Part shown: positions 56,927 to 64,000 of the stretch, piece by piece
Layout: every line of letters starts with the position of its first letter
Numbering within the stretch: position 1 is the stretch's first letter
Source of the DNA: a candidate division WOR-3 bacterium
Lineage (GTDB): Bacteria > Hydrothermota > Hydrothermia > UBA1063 > CAJXJZ01
Direction of reading: 5' to 3'
Assembly (NCBI GenBank): GCA_026986775.1
Contig: JALSNX010000004.1
Span: forward strand, 471 to 64,470
Length of the DNA: 64,000 nt
Program-made: the position numbers and the translations under genes
The notes under the pieces: model-generated
Told to the model about the DNA's origin: nothing
Databases searched by the model: none
Seen by the model: only the letters and a program-made list of their open reading frames with translations

Positions 56927-58150
56927 ATGAGTAAACTGTCCGTATTTTTTGCCATTATAACAGCCATACTTTTCATCGGATGTTCAAATGGGAACAAGGC
57001 CAGAAATTCAAACTCCCTGACAATATGGGAAAGCTACAATGACGAAGAACATGCAGTATTCATGGAGATAGTTGACTCGTTTCAAAAAAGAACGGGAATA
57101 AAGGTAGAGGTACAGAGAATCCCGTTTAATGGAATGGAACAAAAGCTTCTTACAGCACTTGCCTCAAGAACAAACCCTGATATAGCCCGTGTGGATTATG
57201 CCTTTGTTGCAACCCTCGCAACCAAAAATGCTGCTGTGCCACTTGACGATAGCATTGCTGAAATGCTCAAAGGAGAGCTTGTAAAGGCCGCCTTTTACTC
57301 TAATTATATAAACGGAAAGTTTTATGGTATCCCAGACCAGACCAACTGTCTTGCTCTGTTTTACAATAAAAAAATCTTTGAGGAAAATGGTATCAAGGCA
57401 CCACCCAGGACATGGGACGAATTCATAGAAATAGGTAAGAAGATTACAGATGAAAAGAAAGGTATATATGCATTTGGTATGCACAATTCCCTTTGGTGGA
57501 CATTTCCTTTTCTCTATGCTTATGGAGCGAAGTTTGTTTCTGATGATGGAAAAAAATGCCTTCTTGATTCTAAAGAAGCCATTTCTGGATTTTCACTCAA
57601 GGTGGACCTTTACAGGAAATACCATATAGAGGCTGGTGCATGGCAGGCCGGTGCAGTGCCTCCACAGATGGGATTTCAGAATGGGAAGTATGCCATGATA
57701 TTAAACGGACCCTGGGCAGTAAAAACGTTAAAGCAGGCTGGTATTGATTTTGGGGTGTCGCTGATTCCAGAGGGTCCTGAAGGAAGTGCCACAACTGTTG
57801 GTGGTACCAATATGGTTATATTGAATAAGAACAAAAAGGATATTGCTGTTAAGTTTCTCCTTTATCTTGTTTCACCTGAGGTTCAGGCTATGTGGGCAGA
57901 CAGGCTCTTCCAGATACCGGTTAACAAAAAAGCCGAAATGTATATGGAAAATAAAAGCCCCATTATTAAGGTATTTATGGAACAGATGAAATATGCGGTG
58001 CCGAGACCGCCGTTACCTGATTATTCAGAAATAGAGCAGATTTTCAATGGAGAGATGGCCCTTGCCCTTCTGGGTAAAAAGACGCCAGAGGCTGCAATGA
58101 GGGATGCCACACAGAGGGTTAATGAAGAAATTCTGGGGAAAATGAAATGA
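56927..58150 (+). CDS. ABC-transporter sugar-binding lipoprotein (family 1 SBP)
   Basis: Start at MSKLSVFF (RBS AGGAGGG). Lipobox FIGC. GPWA.. pattern of MalE-like SBPs. No permease or ATPase genes adjacent. Confidence 0.8.
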   Translation: MSKLSVFFAIITAILFIGCSNGNKARNSNSLTIWESYNDEEHAVFMEIVDSFQKRTGIKVEVQRIPFNGMEQKLLTALASRTNPDIARVDYAFVATLATKNAAVPLDDSIAEMLKGELVKAAFYSNYINGKFYGIPDQTNCLALFYNKKIFEENGIKAPPRTWDEFIEIGKKITDEKKGIYAFGMHNSLWWTFPFLYAYGAKFVSDDGKKCLLDSKEAISGFSLKVDLYRKYHIEAGAWQAGAVPPQMGFQNGKYAMILNGPWAVKTLKQAGIDFGVSLIPEGPEGSATTVGGTNMVILNKNKKDIAVKFLLYLVSPEVQAMWADRLFQIPVNKKAEMYMENKSPIIKVFMEQMKYAVPRPPLPDYSEIEQIFNGEMALALLGKKTPEAAMRDATQRVNEEILGKMK

Positions 58151-59127
58151 CCATTTTACTTCTCATTGTTTTTTCGTTTACATACCATACCATTTCACTT
58201 GATGGAAATCTCAGTGGATTTGATGATGATGAGCTCGTTTATCAGGATGCAGCTTACGACTCTTACTGGCAGGGGAATGAGTTATACGGGGTGTACGTAA
58301 CATGGGATAGAAGTAATCTGTACCTCGGTGTCTCTTACAAGGTTCAAAATAATGCTGTATTACTTGTTCTTGATCCGGGAAGAAATCGGGGGGTAAATGA
58401 TATAAATAACCTTGACTGGTATCCGAGGAACTTCCAGTTTTATGGTATGAATGCAGATATACTATGTGCTCTATGGAATGCTGACCTTTCTACTGGTGGA
58501 GTTCGTGAAATACTGGCCAAGGATAGAACACAACCACTAAGGGGTGTTGAAATCATAAATAACGGTGCATCAGGCGATTCCTCGGCTCTTATGGTGAAGA
58601 TCCCATTTTCAGTAATATATGGTGATAATGGCATTCCTGTGGGTGTCAAACTTAAACTTGTTGCCCTTATTGCGGGTTCTGACCATTCAACAGGTGGTGA
58701 TGCTATTCCGGATAATGAAAACATAGGAACCTCTTCAGCCATTAGAAGATACATTCAAATAACACTTGATTCCAATATGGATTCTGTCCCTGATGATTCT
58801 ATTGAGGTTTCCCGGGTAACAGAAGTTGTTACATATCCAAAGAGAATGCTTAAACTCTCTCAATTTGATATCCTGCCACGTAAGTTAGAAGCGGGATTTC
58901 CACTTACTGTAAATTTCAGGGTTACTGATTACTCATTCGCAAAACTGTATATAATGAGCGAGAATGGGAAAAAAATATACGAAAAGTACTTTGACTCTTT
59001 AGAGCCTGAAAACTTAAATACCTTCACATGGTCTCCGTCTCCTTCTCTTCCTCAGGGGATTTACTTTGTGGTTATTAATCTTAACGATATAGTGAGCGAA
59101 AAGAAGGCTTTTTTCTATAAAAGATAG
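58147..59127 (+). CDS. secreted protein with C-terminal T9SS/FlgD-Ig-like sorting domain
   Basis: 326 aa. ATGA overlap with the SBP gene. C-terminal ..LPQGIYFVVINLNDIVSEKKAFFYK. Confidence 0.4.
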   Translation: MTILLLIVFSFTYHTISLDGNLSGFDDDELVYQDAAYDSYWQGNELYGVYVTWDRSNLYLGVSYKVQNNAVLLVLDPGRNRGVNDINNLDWYPRNFQFYGMNADILCALWNADLSTGGVREILAKDRTQPLRGVEIINNGASGDSSALMVKIPFSVIYGDNGIPVGVKLKLVALIAGSDHSTGGDAIPDNENIGTSSAIRRYIQITLDSNMDSVPDDSIEVSRVTEVVTYPKRMLKLSQFDILPRKLEAGFPLTVNFRVTDYSFAKLYIMSENGKKIYEKYFDSLEPENLNTFTWSPSPSLPQGIYFVVINLNDIVSEKKAFFYKR

Positions 59128-59129
59128 TT

Positions 59130-60002
59130 TTATCTTACGCGAATAAAACGATTGCTGAGATTACTCTGCCTGATACGTTCAAGGAGTGAATCTGTTTTTT
59201 TATCGTGTTTGTATCCCGATGCATATGGAATTTCTCCAGAAAGTCCGAATTTTTCACAAATAGCCTTCATATAAAGCTCTCGAACGTATTTGCCTATTAT
59301 GCTGGCAAGCATTAGGGGAAGATACAGCTCATCTCCGTTTAATAGAAAAAATATTTCCGTCTGGTTTGTTATGTAATAGGAGACCTCATGCGTCTCAACA
59401 ATAGTATGAGGATATTCACCTGTTAATCTGAAGAATTCCCGGTAATATTTTGTCCCCCCGATTTTACCCATCATAAAGACATCTGCACCTGTGGCCTCTC
59501 TTACCAGTTTGAAACCAAAGAAATCAATAAAGGCTTTGTTTCTAAAGCGCTCCACCATCTGATTAAATTTATCGGCCTCAAATATCTCAAGGTGAATTTT
59601 ATCCACCGCTATATTTCTATCTAAAATTGAGTTGAAAGAGGTGGTATACGTATCTGCCCATACTGGCAGGGGAAAGTCCGGTATATCATAATGTGTGGCC
59701 GTTGATATGAGTTTAAGTAGTGAGTGAAAACTTCTTGGGCTCAAGCCCGCTTTTGCGAGAATACTTAATGCAATTTGCTCTCCCTTTGTATAACTTTTAA
59801 GAGAGCGTTTAAAGACCTTTTTTGAGTCGTCTATTGCTCTGTGGAAACCAAGTATATCTCTTGAGACAGAATATATTGAGTCAAAGGGAAGAACAAGGCT
59901 GATTCCAGTAATTACAAGCGGTCCTACAACAGGACCATAGCCATTTTCATCTATGCCGGTTACTGTCTTTTTTTCTCCTTTAAAAATAAACCGTTCTGTC
60001 AT
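59130..60002 (-). CDS. divergent RNase HII-like (type 2 RNase H fold) protein with internal expansion
   Basis: 290 aa. GIDENGYGPVVGPLV (compare GIDEAGRGP..GP), DDSKK, GDELYLPLMLASIIGKYVRE (compare D....VAAASI.AK..RD), SGYKHD (compare GSGYPSD). Confidence 0.55.
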   Translation of the reverse strand: MTERFIFKGEKKTVTGIDENGYGPVVGPLVITGISLVLPFDSIYSVSRDILGFHRAIDDSKKVFKRSLKSYTKGEQIALSILAKAGLSPRSFHSLLKLISTATHYDIPDFPLPVWADTYTTSFNSILDRNIAVDKIHLEIFEADKFNQMVERFRNKAFIDFFGFKLVREATGADVFMMGKIGGTKYYREFFRLTGEYPHTIVETHEVSYYITNQTEIFFLLNGDELYLPLMLASIIGKYVRELYMKAICEKFGLSGEIPYASGYKHDKKTDSLLERIRQSNLSNRFIRVR

Positions 60003-60009
60003 AATAAAA

Positions 60010-60083
60010 CGCCCCCGGCAGGATTCGAACCTGCTACCTGCGGTTTAGGAAACCGCCGCTCTGTCCTAATGAGCTACGGGGGC
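60010..60083 (-). tRNA. tRNA-Arg (anticodon CCU)
   Basis: Hand-folded from the reverse complement: acceptor GCCCCCG/CGGGGGC, anticodon stem GCGGT/ACCGC, loop TTCCTAA, T arm GCAGG-TTCGAAT-CCTGC. Confidence 0.85.
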
Positions 60084-60358
60084 TAATATCTGATTTCAAA
60101 GCCAGAAAGTTCATCCGGCAGTGTTATCTCAGTTCGTTCTACACCATCTACCCTTGCAAGAAAAGGGCCCTTTTTTAATCTTTGCAGAAAAATCTGTTCC
60201 TTTTCTGAGTTATCGGGAATATAAACAACCTCCACACTTCCATCTGGAAGATTTCTTACGTAACCATTAATACCAAGTTTTTCTGCTTCTTTCATTGCAA
60301 AGTACCTGTAACCCACTCCCTGAACCCTGCCTTTTAATATGAGCCTTACGCCCTTCAT
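60083..60358 (-). CDS. acyP: acylphosphatase
   Basis: 91 aa. GRVQGVGYRYF and GYVRNL.DGSVE. Confidence 0.9.
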   Translation of the reverse strand: MKGVRLILKGRVQGVGYRYFAMKEAEKLGINGYVRNLPDGSVEVVYIPDNSEKEQIFLQRLKKGPFLARVDGVERTEITLPDELSGFEIRY

Positions 60359-60502
60359 GTACTTTAATAATTATACTGGGTAGCTTCTGAAAAACAAAAA
60401 CTTCTAAATCACTCCAGTGACGGGTATTTTTAAAGTATTGACTTTGTGCAGGTTGAATGTACTGTTTTATTAAATTAAAATTTTCACATGCAGGAGGTGG
60501 AC

Positions 60503-60856
60503 ATGAAATTTGCTGTGGCAACGGACGATGGCAAAAACTTACGCTTCGGACATTTTGGTGATGCCGAAAAGTATGCCATATTTGAATACGAAAACGGCGA
60601 ATTCACATTTCTGGAAATGAGGGATAACCCATATACCGATGAGAAGCTGGGTATAGACAGGCATGATGATGAGAGAAAAGCAGGATTAATAAAAAATTTA
60701 CTCTCAGATGTGGATGTTCTTGTCGGTCACTCAATGGGCAGACAGAACAGAGAGAGACTCAAAAAGCAGGGCAAGAAGATGATACCACTTCTTAAGAAGA
60801 ACATATCCATTGAAGAGGCCTTAAGGCTTGCACTGGATAGATTAAATGATGCTTGA
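60503..60856 (+). CDS. NifB/NifX-family (dinitrogenase FeMo-cofactor-binding fold) protein
   Basis: Start at MKFAVATDDG (RBS GCAGGAGG). HFG.A..Y.I.E pattern of the family. Confidence 0.7.
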   Translation: MKFAVATDDGKNLRFGHFGDAEKYAIFEYENGEFTFLEMRDNPYTDEKLGIDRHDDERKAGLIKNLLSDVDVLVGHSMGRQNRERLKKQGKKMIPLLKKNISIEEALRLALDRLNDA

Positions 60857-60894
60857 AGTGTGTGTTTTTCATGAGCGCAGGGTATTATTTAAAC

Positions 60895-60923
60895 TTGACC
60901 CTATGTGCAAAATTCAGTATAAT
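60895..60923 (+). promoter_or_regulatory. sigma70-type promoter of gdhA
   Basis: TTGACC, 17-nt spacer, TATAAT. Leaves a 5'-UTR of about 85 nt. Confidence 0.6.
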
Positions 60924-61012
60924 TTAAGTGTGCAAAGATATCGGGAAGGAACCATAAACAACAAAAAACCGCCCGTAGGGGCAATTAACAACCAAACACA
61001 AGGAGGTTGTAA

Positions 61013-62371
<1,359 letters not shown>

Positions 62372-62398
62372 AAGGATAAAAAGAAAAACGGATAAAAA

Positions 62399-62422
62399 GG
62401 GGCGCTATGGCGCCCCTTTTTT
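62399..62422 (+). terminator. rho-independent terminator of gdhA
   Basis: GGGGCGC-TATG-GCGCCCC followed by T6. Confidence 0.8.
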
Positions 62423-62484
62423 ATTGATAAAGTATTGTATGGCAGAGAATTATAGACTCCCTGAAATTTATTGTACAAAACTAC

Positions 62485-62513
62485 TTGACAAATCATCCTG
62501 ATAGGGGTATAAT
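62485..62513 (+). promoter_or_regulatory. perfect-consensus sigma70 promoter driving the 23S rRNA
   Basis: TTGACA, exact 17-nt spacer, TATAAT, ~58 nt upstream of the mature-looking 23S 5' end. Confidence 0.7.
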
Positions 62514-62571
62514 ATTAACACTTGCAAATGAGGTGAGATACGCTCTTTGAAAATGAAGTGGATTGAGGTAG

Positions 62572-64000
<1,429 letters not shown>

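Noticed and set aside
56617-56934. 105-aa ORF spanning the tRNA pair
   Set aside because: It reads straight through two well-folding tRNAs and is an artefact of the G+C-rich RNA genes.

Overview
This is 64 kb of A+T-rich, densely packed, strongly operonic bacterial chromosome. The tRNAs and the 23S rRNA are visibly G+C-rich by contrast, which is a thermophile-like signature. BamA/BamD/LptE homologues point to a diderm organism. Type IV pilus genes and T9SS-like C-terminal sorting tails hint at an uncultured FCB/WOR-3-like lineage, but that placement is inference only.

Most of the window is housekeeping: recA, dcd, class II RNR, birA, nadD, thiD, gdhA, purine nucleoside phosphorylase, archaeal-type FBP aldolase/phosphatase, rtcB, pilB-pilT-pilC-pilS-pilR, cold-shock protein, Fur, three tRNAs, and a 5'-partial 23S rRNA with its own consensus promoter and no 16S upstream.

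The accessory-looking part is the first ~7 kb. It holds a four-gene, translationally coupled cluster on the minus strand:
- an unannotated 38-aa Cys-rich peptide
- a radical SAM/SPASM maturase
- an ABC exporter
- a DUF5916-like envelope protein

I interpret this as a candidate uncharacterised RiPP system. It directly abuts an IS256-family element, which is itself inserted into a decayed, frameshifted second IS.

Other items worth a second look:
- a frameshifted flavodiiron/ODP-like metallo-beta-lactamase fused to a cyclase-homology domain
- a bitopic protein with a tandemly duplicated cytoplasmic coiled-coil module and a BamB-like propeller, next to BamD
- a stand-alone DnaB C-terminal-domain ATPase
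- an ACT-repeat protein translationally coupled to FBP aldolase/phosphatase
- a tRNA-Arg wedged with 0 and 7 nt spacers inside an mRNA
- a divergent RNase HII-like protein

No CRISPR array, no cas genes and no recognisable defence genes were seen. All family calls come from motif recognition by eye. No database search was run.
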